Below are positions 51,806 to 64,000 of a stretch of DNA of 64,000 bases, one piece after another. Each line of letters starts with the position of its first letter. Position 1 is the first letter of the stretch. This stretch comes from Chiloscyllium plagiosum (Eukaryota). The position numbers were made by a program, and so were the translations under genes. The notes beneath the pieces are model-generated. The model searched no databases. It was not told the origin of the DNA and saw only the letters and a program-made list of their open reading frames with translations. The DNA is taken from contig NC_057719.1 in NCBI RefSeq assembly GCF_004010195.1, positions 74,712,043 through 74,776,042 of the forward strand. The letters are read 5' to 3'.

Positions 51806-53567
51806 ATGTTAAGTCGGTCAGGATCCATTCTGTCTTCTACATTGCTTATTTGCAATATCCAGTGCAACGCATATGCAGACTGCTTTTCAATTCCACAAAT
51901 TAGCCTCACTTGAGTGGAAGCTAGTTCTTATAAAATATGGTAATGAACGTGTTGTGACATGCCACTGGAGCAGGTGAGACTTGAACCTGGGACTTCAGGC
52001 TCAAAGGTTAGGGGCGCTATAGCTGTGCCATGAGTCCCAGACTGGATCTAATATATGTGCCCTAATCTCTAACCAATTAGTTGCTGCTGTTCTTAATCAC
52101 AATTAGAGCAAGGACATATATGTACTCAACTGACAGTATTCATAACACAAACAGAGGGTATCTAGAAAGGAGTATTTCTGAACAGAAACATATTGTTAAC
52201 GCATTTCATCATGTATTCATCAGGCCTAATACAAGAGGCCAAATTTCACAAACAGTTTCAACAGTTTATACCACAGGAAAGAAATGTTTGGATTGGTTGG
52301 CAAGACTATTTTGACTCACCTAAGTGTTGGCATGGAGAAAATATCCAGGAACTGTGGCTTCCCCAGGCTCCTACGTAATTCAAAAAATGCCACAAGACTG
52401 GAACACATTCCTTTTGTTTGCAGGGAATGAGTTCCTGTGTATGAATGGGTGTTACTTCTAGCAAGTGTGAATAAGCCCCATTATGAGCTGAATTAGAATG
52501 TTACAATGGTTGTTGGTGTAATGTTTAGCACACAGAAGGTCAGGAATTTGGAACCATGCACCCTTATTGCTTTCTGCTTAACAACACCTCAGCCAATCAG
52601 AGCAGACATGTCAATCAATCAACATTATCTTCTCCTGTGGTAATAATTGTTGTGATCATTTGAAATTTGGCATTCTTGTGTTTGTGTCCTGAAGACAGCA
52701 TGATGAAAATCTTCAGCAAAATGTCTCCCTTTTTGGTCATACACCAGTATCCAATTATACATGGATTTGTATTTCCAAGGCTCTGACATCACATTTAGTG
52801 ATAGGTTATGTCTGGAAATTTGCTTCTGTTGGATTTAAAATCGGTCTGTCCATAATGCTGTACTTAACCTCCTTCCCTTGCTACTTCCTTGAACAGGAGA
52901 AAAAACTGATCTGTTTTAGTAGAACTCATTTGTGATTGCTAGCAATGTCAAGCATTGACTGCTCAACCACCACCACCACCACAACCATCCCACCACCACC
53001 ATCCCCCATTGATGTTAGCATCAAAACCTGGTATTAGTTTGAACATCCAGGAAGGAGTTGAAGGGCAGATGCATTTTGAAACTGTGATTGCCAATGGAAA
53101 TGTGATTTTTAACAGACGCCTGTTGAAATACATGAAAGTTATAACACAACGTTTTTCTCCTGTAGTATAAACTGTTGTAATTGTTGCAATTTGGTGTTTT
53201 TGTCCTGATGAGTACACATTTGGTAACATGTCACCCCCATACAGAACTGGTGTATTGCTGAATGATCAAGTGACTTTCATCTTGTCTATTTGTCCCAACT
53301 AGCTTGTGTAAGTGTTTACTCTCCCCACAAACAAGAAGCTCACATCACCTTTATCCAATCTAATTTTAATCATTGACATTGTATTTGCTTCAACCGCTAA
53401 CCCTGGAAGTGACTTCCATAGTCTCTCAACTCCCTATGTTACAAGGTTTCTCTGTCTTTGTTTGAACAGTGTTATTCCAGGTTCCCTCAGCAACTGGAAA
53501 TACTCTGCCTCTATCTTTCTGTCCCATTCTGTTATTTATAAACTTTCAATCACGCCTCCATGCAATT

Positions 53568-54285
53568 TTAGAGTCAGAGTTTTACAGCATGGAGACCGAT
53601 CCTTTGGTCCAACTCGTCCATGCTGACCACATATCCTAAACTAATCTGGTGCTGTTTGCCAGCACTTGGCCTTTTTCCCTCTAAACCCTTCATATTCATA
53701 TACCCATTCAGATGCCTTTAAAATGTTGTAATTGTACCAGCCTCCATCAGTTCCTCTGGCAGCTCATTCCACACACACACCACCCTCTGCATGAAAATGT
53801 TACCCTTCACATCCCTTTTTATACCTTTCCCCTCTCACCCTAAACCTATGCAGTCTAGTTTTGGATTCCCCTAACCTGGTAAAAAGAACTTGGCTATTCA
53901 TCCTGTCCGTGCTCCTCCTGATTTTTATAAACCTCTATAACATCACTTCTCAGCCTCTGCTCCAGGAACAATAGCCTCAGCCTGTCCCCATAACTCAACC
54001 CTCCAACCCTGGCAATATTCTTGTAAATCTTACTTGCGCCTTTTCAAATTTCACAACATCCTTCCTTAGACAAGGAGACCAGAATTGTATGCTGTTCTCA
54101 CCAAAAGTTCTCTTCCAAAAGTTCTCACCAATGTCCTGTACAGCTACAACATGACCTCCCAACTCCGACACTCAACACACTAACCAATAAAGGCAAATGT
54201 ACCAAGTGCTTTCTTCATTACCCTGAAGACTTGCAACTCCAACTTCAAGGAACTATGAACCTGCACCCCAAGGTCTCTGTATTCA
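53568..54285 (-). mobile_element. CR1 3' fragment
   Basis: Colinear with 4890-5360 and 22594-23030. Confidence 0.9.
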
Positions 54286-54567
54286 AATGGAGCATGCTTC
54301 TTTGTTCCAGACAGTATCCTAATAAATCTCTATTGAACTATTTTAGAAACCTCGAACGTCCTTCATAAATATAAAGCCTACTACTATGCAAAGTACTGTA
54401 CTGCAGTTTTAGAAATTTCATGGTATCTCACTGTTACCATTTGGGTTTTGTATACTGCTCAATATAATAAAACTTCTAATTCCATGAGTTTTTAAAGGCT
54501 TATTAATGTAAGGTGCTGTCTTCAATGCTTTGTGAGCTTGTATCCCCAACTGCAGGTCTATGCTTAG

Positions 54568-54732
<165 letters not shown>

Positions 54733-56816
54733 TAACCCCATCTAAGAAGATCTCTCTTTGTTACGATTTCAGCTGGAATTTAAAGACTGCCTATTTCAGA
54801 TGGAAATGCTATGTTACGTTCAAGCCCTCTGAGTTAACATAATGCTTATCGCGAAACAATGGTGCTCTCATCCTCTCGCATAGTCTCACTCACTCTCAGC
54901 TGCAGTTTCCACCATGAGCATTGATTGAGGATCATTGAGAGGATGATCCTGGGTCTTCCAGGAATTACGAGACAATTGTTGCTGTGCAACCTACTTTTGA
55001 AAATTGTTTGGCCACTGTGCTTGTTACTTTTATCTTTGGGAACCTACAGCAAAAAGTTAATGTTTTTAAGTTCTTGCCCTTCATGTTAATAATGTGATGA
55101 TTCCCTAACTGTCATGTCTCTATATAGCACTGTCTGCTTGTGTATTTTCAACCCATTGTTGGTGTTATGACCCTGGAATGCAGCAATGTCATATTCACCT
55201 TCAAGGAGCCTTGCTGTGCCTGGCTGTGAGATCTGAGTAAAGTTAACATTTCCCGTCATAAAAAGTAATATTTTGCAGCAACAAAGCAATTTTTAAAATG
55301 CACTTTTAGAGAGATGGTGAACTTATTGAGGTAAGCTAAAATATCACCTGGTGAAAGTCAAGTCATAACTTCTTATGTCAAGCACATGGCATACCGCCAC
55401 AATCAGCAAATTGACACCCATCAGGTTGGATTAAGAGTCTCTTTTTTTATTCCTATTGCCAATAAATAGTTTTTCCTCTGGTGTCTATCCAGCCACCTGG
55501 ATGGTGACCACCTCCTGATCTGCCAGTGCCATTCCATCAGGAATTTGGGAATTCAAATTTATTAATTTAGTTTTATTTCAATATTATGTATTAGGTCATC
55601 TTCCTCCTTGATCCATGTGCACCCTGAATAAAGGCAGGCCCTTAGCCCCCTATCTGCTGAGGCTATAATCTGAGTATTTTTATTGTAAGTATTTGGCCAT
55701 GATGATTGGCCTTCCACTCTCAGGAAGCAGGCTTATCTCAGGCAGACCGAGAATCGAGCCTCATGCTGTTGGCATCATTCTGAGCCAAACATAGGCCAAA
55801 CAAGCTAGCTAGCTGCTCTACTAAATGTTATTTTAATATGAAATGGATCTTCATCGCCTGTGAGGTTGTTATAAGATGACTGGTGGGGTCATAGAGTATA
55901 TGCTAACACAGCTTGTCACGTATTGCACCTCATCTTCCCTGACTTGTGCCTTAAAGTGGTAATTGCTCACAGAGACCATTCGCTTTGTTGTGTCCTTGCC
56001 TGCTCTCCACAAGAGCAACTTAGCTAGTACCGCTTTGCTATCCTTGGCAATGTATTTACCTCTTCAAGTGCTCATTCAATTCCATTTTGAAAGCCACAAT
56101 TGAGTCTATCTCCATCACAACCTAAGGCAGTATTTTCCAAATGCTAACCACTCACTGCATTAAATAAAGTCTTTCCTCATATTATCGACTCTTTTTAATT
56201 CCTTACTGCACCATCTACAAACCCTTTATACCCTTCCTAAATGTGCTACCCAGAATTGGAAGCATTGCTGCAGTTAAAGCTGAGCCTGTGTTATAACAGG
56301 CTAGTACTAAAGCCTCTTTAGAAAGCCATGATCTGCATAGCAACCCCTTGCACATTGCCTGAACCCCCCCCCCCCTCTTAAAGAACTGAAAATTTGAAAT
56401 CAAGTTAGATAAGGGTGTAATACCACTGATGTTTTGGGATAATGGTCCAGGAAGTGAAAAGGTTACATTTAGGATTTGACAGTGGCATTCCAAAGTAATA
56501 GCATTGAAGGCTGGGACTCCAAGTCTAGCCTTGGAAGTAGCTCAAGAGCATCACTGACAATTTTGAACTCACAGACTATTGCCAGTCACCTCTTGATTTG
56601 TTTTGATGTAAGTGCCACACTGTTGCTGATGGATGTGAAAGGAACCCTCACAGCAAATTTGCAATGTTCCCAAAAAGCAGCAGCTTTAAACCTTGTTAAT
56701 TTTTAATCCTAGTTTTCTGTGCAGTCAGCTTATTGGATCCACCGAGTTAATAGGAATTGCCAGTTTCTTCTGGCCAATGCGTTGGGAACCAGCAGCATTG
56801 ATGCATCATCCTTGCA

Positions 56817-57134
56817 TGAATCATCGAATCCCTACAGTGTGGAAACGGGCTCTTTGGCCCAACGAGTCCACACTAACCCTCCGAAGAGCGACTCACCCAT
56901 ACCCATTACCCCACCCTATATTTACCCCTGATTAATGCATCTAACCTGCACATCCCTGAACACTATGGGCAATTTAACACAGCCAATCCACCTAACCTGC
57001 ACATCTTTGAACTATGGGGAGAAACTGGAGCATCTGATAGAAAACCATGCAGACAGTTGCCCAAGGGTGGAACTGAATCCGGGTCCCTGGCTCTGTGAAG
57101 CATCAGTGCTAACAACTAAGCCACCATGCCTCCC
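56817..57134 (-). mobile_element. V-SINE
   Basis: Diverged copy with head, V-domain and tail. Confidence 0.85.
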
Positions 57135-58274
57135 AGTCCTTTATGCCTGCCTCTCCCTTCATTTAAATCATGGTTAATCTGTAGCCCAACTCTCTTCACT
57201 TGTCTTTGTTCCATATCCTGTGAAAACCTTATTTAACAAATTTGTCGTTCTGTCTTGAAAGAACAAATTTTCTCACCATCCTTTTTGGATGAGAGAATTC
57301 CAGACTTTTGTTGTGTTTTGCGTTAAATACTCCCTGATTTCAGTCCAAAGTGTTCTTTGTTTTGATGTAAATATTGCTAATGGATCTAGAAGTAATCCTC
57401 CCAGTGAACTTGCTGGAGCCCTAGCTCTTAAAATTATGCCCCTTTTGAAGTTAAATCCCACGTCAGAGTTTCTATTTTAATTGTTAAAGTACTTGTTTGG
57501 ACTCAACTTAGCACCACAGAGATGCAGGTCTATCAGATTGACGCTAAGGAGCAGCGAGCAGTTTAGAACAACACCGGAGGAAGGTGGATATGGCTGAGGA
57601 ATGTGGCAGTGTTTTCTGATTATGGGGCTTCATTGTGCCATGCTATTTCAAGCAGTTTCAAAGCAGAGTTGGAATCTGAAGTTGACATGTGCAATTTGAG
57701 AAAATGTTAATGGCAGTACAAAGTTAAAAATCACACAACACCAGGTTATAGTCCAACAGGTTTTGGAAGCATTAGCTTTCGGAGCGACGCTCCTTCATCA
57801 GGTGGTTGAGGATTATAAGATTGTAAGGCACAGAACTTAAAAGCAAAAGTTTACAGTGTGATGTAACTAAAATTATATATTGAAAAAGACCTGGATTGTT
57901 TAAGTGTCTCATCTTTTAGAATGACCATGTCTTTTTCAGTTCTTTCACATGTTAATCACAAAACTTTTTTAAAGGTTACTTTCTCAAGTGAACTTTAACA
58001 ATTAGTGTCATGTCAGCCCAGATAACGCGTTGAAGGTGTGAGGTGCCCTGTGTGAGACTCTGTGCCACAATGATCAGACTGATTCTAACCTAAAAAAACA
58101 AATTTACAGAATCTTGCATGGATTCATGCAGTTTTTGAGCAAAATAAAATGTAATTCTGCAAGTACGAATTCACCCCACAAACCTATGTGGGGTGGGGGT
58201 GGTGGTGGGGGTTATGAGTGCCTTTCAGAGAGTATGTGTATGTATGGAGTGTAAAGGAGTATAAGTCTGTCAGA

Positions 58275-58793
<519 letters not shown>

Positions 58794-59527
58794 TGAATTT
58801 GTTGTGCAAATGAATAAATTTGTGTAGTTCGATCCTCGATCTAAATACAAGCCAGGTCTGATATAATGTGATTAGTTCTGTTCTCGCACAATCTTGTGTT
58901 ATAAGAAAATTGGGCAATAGCCATGCCATTTAAATTAATGGGATCAGAATTACATTATAGCCAGTACAGGTAAGGAAAGTTTATGTTTTACAAATAACAG
59001 TCTAAATTCTTCAATCGCATTAAAGCCAATTCATGTTGAAGAATCACGTGTTATAGCAGAACCAGCTCTGTTTTATTTTCCTGTATACGTCCATTGACAC
59101 ATTATCTGTAAATCCCAGGGCAACAAAACTTTCCATTTCTGTGTAATATGTTAAGTTTCAAAAAATGTTTCTGACAAGGGGGTTGTTCTGAATTGAATGG
59201 GAAGAATTGTTCTCCCAGGCCTGTATTGTTCAGCCACGATTGGTAACATTGGCAATGCCTACCATTTTACTGCTGCTTAATATCCTTTTCCTCCTGGGCT
59301 AGAATTGAGAATTTGCTTGTAAAGATGATCAGAAACTGTCCTAGACTTGTGGATCACGACTTTCTGCCTTGCACGGCTCTTTCCTGGCTTATTTGTTGAA
59401 GGCCGTGTTTACATCATGTGTGAACAACCTTCTCCCCTCATCCTGGGGAGTTGGGGTCCCAATCAATAGCAGCAGCAGCGAGGACATGGAAAGTCTAAGT
59501 TGTGGTGTGTCCTGTGTCTGGGAAGTC

Positions 59528-59846
59528 ATGGTGGCTCTCAGAGCCAGGGACTCAGGTTCGATTCCACCTTCTGGCAATGTCTGTGCAGAATTTGTAGTTC
59601 TCCTTGTGCCTGCAGGTGCGCTGGTTTCACCCCACAATCCAAAGATGTGCAGGTTAGGTGGATTGGCCATGCTAAATTTCCCATAGTGTCCAGGGATGTA
59701 CAGACGAGGTGGCTTAGCCTCAACAAAATGCAGGGTTACAGGGATAGGTTGGGGGGGGGGAGAGACAACAACGCTGTTTGAAGGTACGATGTGGATCCGA
59801 TGGGCCAAATGGCCTGCCTTCACACTGTAGGGATTGTATGATTCTA
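59528..59846 (+). mobile_element. V-SINE (head partly deleted)
   Basis: gccagggactcaggttcgattcc...ccacaatccaaagatgtgcaggttaggtggattggccatgctaaatt...gattgtatgattcta. Confidence 0.88.
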
Positions 59847-61727
59847 CTGTCCAATGTTCCGATGCTTTGCAGCTTAAAGCAGATGTGATTGGGACGGAAG
59901 GTGGGAATACTGGTGCAGTTGAAAAGGGCAGGTGAAGGGAACAAATGGAATGAAACTGCAAACTTAAATAAGAAGGTGTTCTTGATTGTTATATGTTAAA
60001 GCAGAACTTTTATCAATGGAAATTTCCCTACCCCATTTCAACTAGGCCGGTTAATTTTTTTCTTCATTCTTTAGCAGTCAAATTGTGGGGATAATGTAGG
60101 GTGACATTTGTCAACAATACTGGATGGTTGACTCTGTAAATTAATTAACCAAGTAAGTAGCCTCTATACACTTGCTGTTCTGCTAATTTTATTGGTTTCA
60201 TTATTAATGTTAAAGTTATGCTTCACTGGGCGAGCTTTGATCTTAATTGCAAAACGCAAGTTTATTTTCTTAGCTGAAGAAAAAGATAAGGAGGAACTGA
60301 GGCTTCTTATTAGCTCTCACTTGACCATCCAAGACCTATTTGGGTTGCTGGAAGACTCCTTCACCGTACTTTCTTAACCACTTGCTCCCAAAGCAAAACA
60401 TGATTTTTCTCTGATTATTCATTTGATAAATGTAGTTTCCACATTATAAAATGCTCAAAGTCTTCAAGAACAGACTCTGAGTCTTGTTGGAATGCTGTTT
60501 TGATACAGATATTCACACTGGTCACTGTCTGTAAATTCACATGCAGCTTCAGGGAGACTGGCTGTCCTGAATAATGAGGCTTTTCTACATGTAGACCAAT
60601 GATGAGAGAGAGGCTTGTGATTATGATATTGCAGCCCAAAGATTTGAAGTTTGAAGAAAAAGGGTCTAATTTGCTCTTAAAATTAATCTATAATGTTGAT
60701 GCTATTTTTAAGCATCAGTGTGCACTACCTGTGTCTCCATTCTCTTGATTTTCACTTTTCTTTTAATATGTTAAAGAGACTATATAAAGCTGTCTTGTTC
60801 TCTACAACCCACAGTAGCAGCAGAATCATCTCTATGTTCTGGAGGTGTGCTTAAGGTCAAATACTTTTACCAGATGAAGCAGATTCTGAATGAATCTGCA
60901 GTTTTGCTTGTGCCTGTGTGCAGCCTTACAAGGGAATTTACTGGCTTCTTTAGGTTCTTAATTGTATCGTAACCCTTGTGAAGCAATCAGAGTAATATCC
61001 TTAAGTGTGCAACACCTTTTTAGTCCCATACTTAGAAATATCTTATTGGATTTCCCAGTTGTGGAGGGTCATTTCCACCTACTCATCCGTGTAATATGGT
61101 CCGTAAGTAAGTCACAATGTTGCAAATTATTGTAGATAAAGTGTATAGGCCAGAACAAAAAAAAAGAAGTTGACTTGGACACTTCATAGCTTTCAGCTCT
61201 TACCCCTTTTCCCACTTTCCCTAATCCTAATTATGTTTGCCAACTTGGTCTCCAAACTTTCAAACCACCCCCCAACCGTCAAAGAAACCATACTCCACTG
61301 AGCAAGCAAACCCACAAGAGTGAGCCATATATCGATCGGGGTCAGGGCAAAGACTAATTTCCATAACCCCAGCCAAGGATTGAAAACTCAACAGATATTG
61401 GTGAGAAAAACTGAACATGAAGTAATTGAAAGCATCAAACAAATATAAGTAGTGAACTCCAGTATGACAGAAATTTAAGCAATAAATATGAATGCCAAGA
61501 GAGTGAGCCATCCTCCTACCTACACCCCACATCTAACAGCATTGACCATAGGTTTATATGAATCAAGCAAATTATATTGGAAGTATGGTGAGATGTGAGG
61601 ATTGTGTTAGAGTATTAGAGTTTGCGAATTGGATCAGCCATGATAAACTATCCCTATTTTACCCACCAATTTTAGTTTTAAAAATCCTGAAGGGATGTCC
61701 TACATACGATTGTTTCGAAATAGATTA

Positions 61728-62570
61728 AAACATAGGAGCAGGAGGAGGCCATTCAGGCATTTGAGCCTGCTCCACCATTCATCACGATCATGGCTGATCT
61801 CCAACTCAGTGGTCTAATCTTGCTTTCTCCCAATAACCTTTTGATCCCATTCACCCCAAGTGCTATATCTAGCTGCCTCTTGAATGCATTCAGTGTTTCG
61901 GCATCAACTGCTTCCTGTGGTAATGAATTCCACAGGCTCACCACTCTTTGGGTGAAGAAATGTCTCCTCATCTCTGTCCTGAATGGTCCACCCTGAATCC
62001 TCAGACTGTGACCCCTAGGTCTGGGTCCACTATCGGGAATATCCTCCCTGCATCTGCCCTGTCTAGTCCTGTGAGAATTTTATAAGTCTCTGAGATCGCC
62101 CCTCACTCGTCTGAACTCCAGTGAAAATAATCCTAACCTAGTCAATCTTCCCTCCTACATCAGTCCTGCCATCCCCGGAATCAGCCTGGTAAACCTTAGC
62201 TGCACTCCCTCAAGAGCAAGAACATCCTTCCTCAGAAAAGGAGACCAAAACTGCACGCAATATTCTAGGTGTGGCCTCACCAAGGCACTATATGACTGCA
62301 ACAACACATCGCTGCTCCTGTACTCGATACCTCACGCAATGAAGACCAAACATACCATTTGTCGTCTTTACCACAGGCTGCACCTGCATGCTTACCTTCA
62401 GTGACTGATGCACAAGGACACCCTGGTCCCATTGCACATTCCTCCCAATTACAGCCATTTACATAGTGATCCGCATCCTTGTTTTTGCTTCCAAAGTGAA
62501 TAAGTTTACTTTTATTCAAGTTAAACTGCACCTGCCATTGATTTGCCTACTCATCCAACCTGTCCAGATC
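61728..62570 (-). mobile_element. CR1 LINE 3' fragment
   Basis: MQFNLNKSKLIHFG and RRHFFTQRVVSLWNSLPQEAV motifs. Confidence 0.9.
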
Positions 62571-63039
62571 ATGCATCTATTGTTAGAGATACCAAAAGCA
62601 ACTATCAGACATAGGATTTGTACCAAATTCTGTTGTTGTCTACATCCTTGCTCATTATTGTCATTTATTATTGGGAACATCGGTTGTCATGATGAAATAT
62701 TGGCAGAGAGAAACTAGCACACGGAAATGTAAAGAGAGAGAATTGAACTGGTGACCATTGGGGTAAAATAAGATTGGTTGAAATGTGTGATGATGTTGCA
62801 TGTTTATGATGTGGAATCTCTTCTCATACTTCCTGAAGTTGTCTACTTCCACAGGCCAGCACAAAACGTCCTGTCAACAGCCCATACTATCCATTACATC
62901 AGTGAATCATACACTGTCCCTGCAACTCCAAATTACTTGGAAATGAGTAGAAAATAAGTTGTTGGATTACTGTGTTGTGGATTGACAGTCATTAATTTAA
63001 GTTCACTAGTCAAGAAATACACAGAAGCAAAACATTGAT

Positions 63040-63475
63040 TTAATTTATTATTGTCACATGTATCTAAGTAAAGTGAAAAGGTTTGTTTTGCATTCAGCAT
63101 TGGCAGAACATACCATTAAAGATCATAGAGTGATTGTGATGTGGAGGTGCCGGTGTTGGACTGGGATAGACAAAGTCAGAAATCACATGACTCCAGGTTA
63201 TAGTCCAATAGGTTTATTTAATATCACAAGCTTTCGAAGCACTGTTCCTTCCTCAGGTGAAGTGTGATCTGGTGATAGAACAGAGTGAGGAATATTTAGT
63301 TATGGTCGCAAAGAAGGCACATAAACAGTGAGATCGACATTAGATTTGAAATTTGAGAGGTCCAAATTAGAAGTCTAATAACAGTGGGGAAGAAACTGTT
63401 CTTGAACCTGTTGGTTACATATATTTAAGCTTTTGTATCTTCTGCCTGATGGAAGAGGTTGGAAGAGATTATAAG
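63040..63475 (-). mobile_element. Rex1/Babar-like LINE 3' end with nested Penelope terminal repeat (63135-63265) bearing a hammerhead-like motif
   Basis: LFQPLPSGRRYKSL is the Rex1/Babar ORF C-terminal motif; the insert reads tcac-CTGAGGA-a-ggaac(agt)gcttc-GAAA-gcTT-gtga on the minus strand. Confidence 0.72.
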
Positions 63476-64000
63476 ATAGATCAAGTATTGAGGATGCTAA
63501 TAATACAATTGATTTTTTTCCAATACCTAAAACCATTCCAAAAGCTGAATAAGCGCTCAATTCTTTAGCAGTTCTCCCAATGAATATTTCTGTGTGATGA
63601 AGTACTTGTGAAAGGAAAACTAACTAACTTTGTAAACCATCTTAAACTATTTCCTCTCGACTTGGAACACACAACCTTTTTTTTCCTGGCCTGGGTAGAA
63701 TGCTCAACACAAGATCCATATCACTTCCTGTTCCATTTGTTAGAACATGCAATGGGCTCAGGCAGTCTTAATCTATAGAATCATGAAAATAAACAGCACA
63801 GAACAAAGCATTTGGCCCATCCTGCCAGTTCCATGAAAATGCTGTCAAATTAGTCCCTGTCCCCCAACCGTTTTGACAGTTTCCTCACATTTATTTTCCT
63901 TTCCGAGTATAAATGCAAATTCTTTTTGAAATTTATTATTGGATCTACTTCCCAGAGATGCATTCCCGATCATAACTAATCAAGGTGTTTAGGTAAAAAT

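Noticed and set aside
58940..58980. ttatag-CCAGTACAG-gtaagg as a 9-nt microexon
   Set aside because: Good donor but no polypyrimidine tract; too weak without RNA data.
59315..59360. aaagATGATCAG considered as the start of actinin exon 7 (expected DDP...)
   Set aside because: The downstream translation does not match actinin, so exon 7 must lie beyond the window.

Overview
This is eukaryotic (vertebrate) genomic DNA, almost certainly from a cartilaginous fish (shark): it carries HE1-type V-SINEs, DeuSINE-like SINEs, CR1/L2 LINEs and Penelope-like repeats typical of elasmobranchs. The whole window lies inside one + strand host gene, a non-muscle alpha-actinin (ACTN1-like, with a few ACTN4-type residues). 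Five coding exons (exons 2-6 of the usual ACTN structure; 115, 120, 87, 88 and 79 bp; 163 codons of the CH1-CH2 actin-binding domain) splice in frame with GT-AG ends. Exon 1 and exon 7 onward lie outside the window. Everything else is intron, densely filled with decayed and often nested transposons, and nearly all ORFs in the supplied track are transposon remnants or chance ORFs. The most interesting signals are: (1) many short Penelope-derived insertions carrying minimal type I hammerhead-ribozyme motifs, several arranged as fold-back palindromes with 12-15 bp target-site duplications; (2) a candidate recursive splice site or 5-nt poison microexon in the 31.5 kb intron 3; (3) an in situ inverted duplication just upstream of exon 4; (4) two candidate enhancer motif clusters; (5) a CpG-rich insert of unknown origin. 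Repeat boundaries were read by eye and are approximate unless a TSD is quoted. Family names come from my recognition of motifs, not from database searches. I see no firm evidence for a wholly new biological system.
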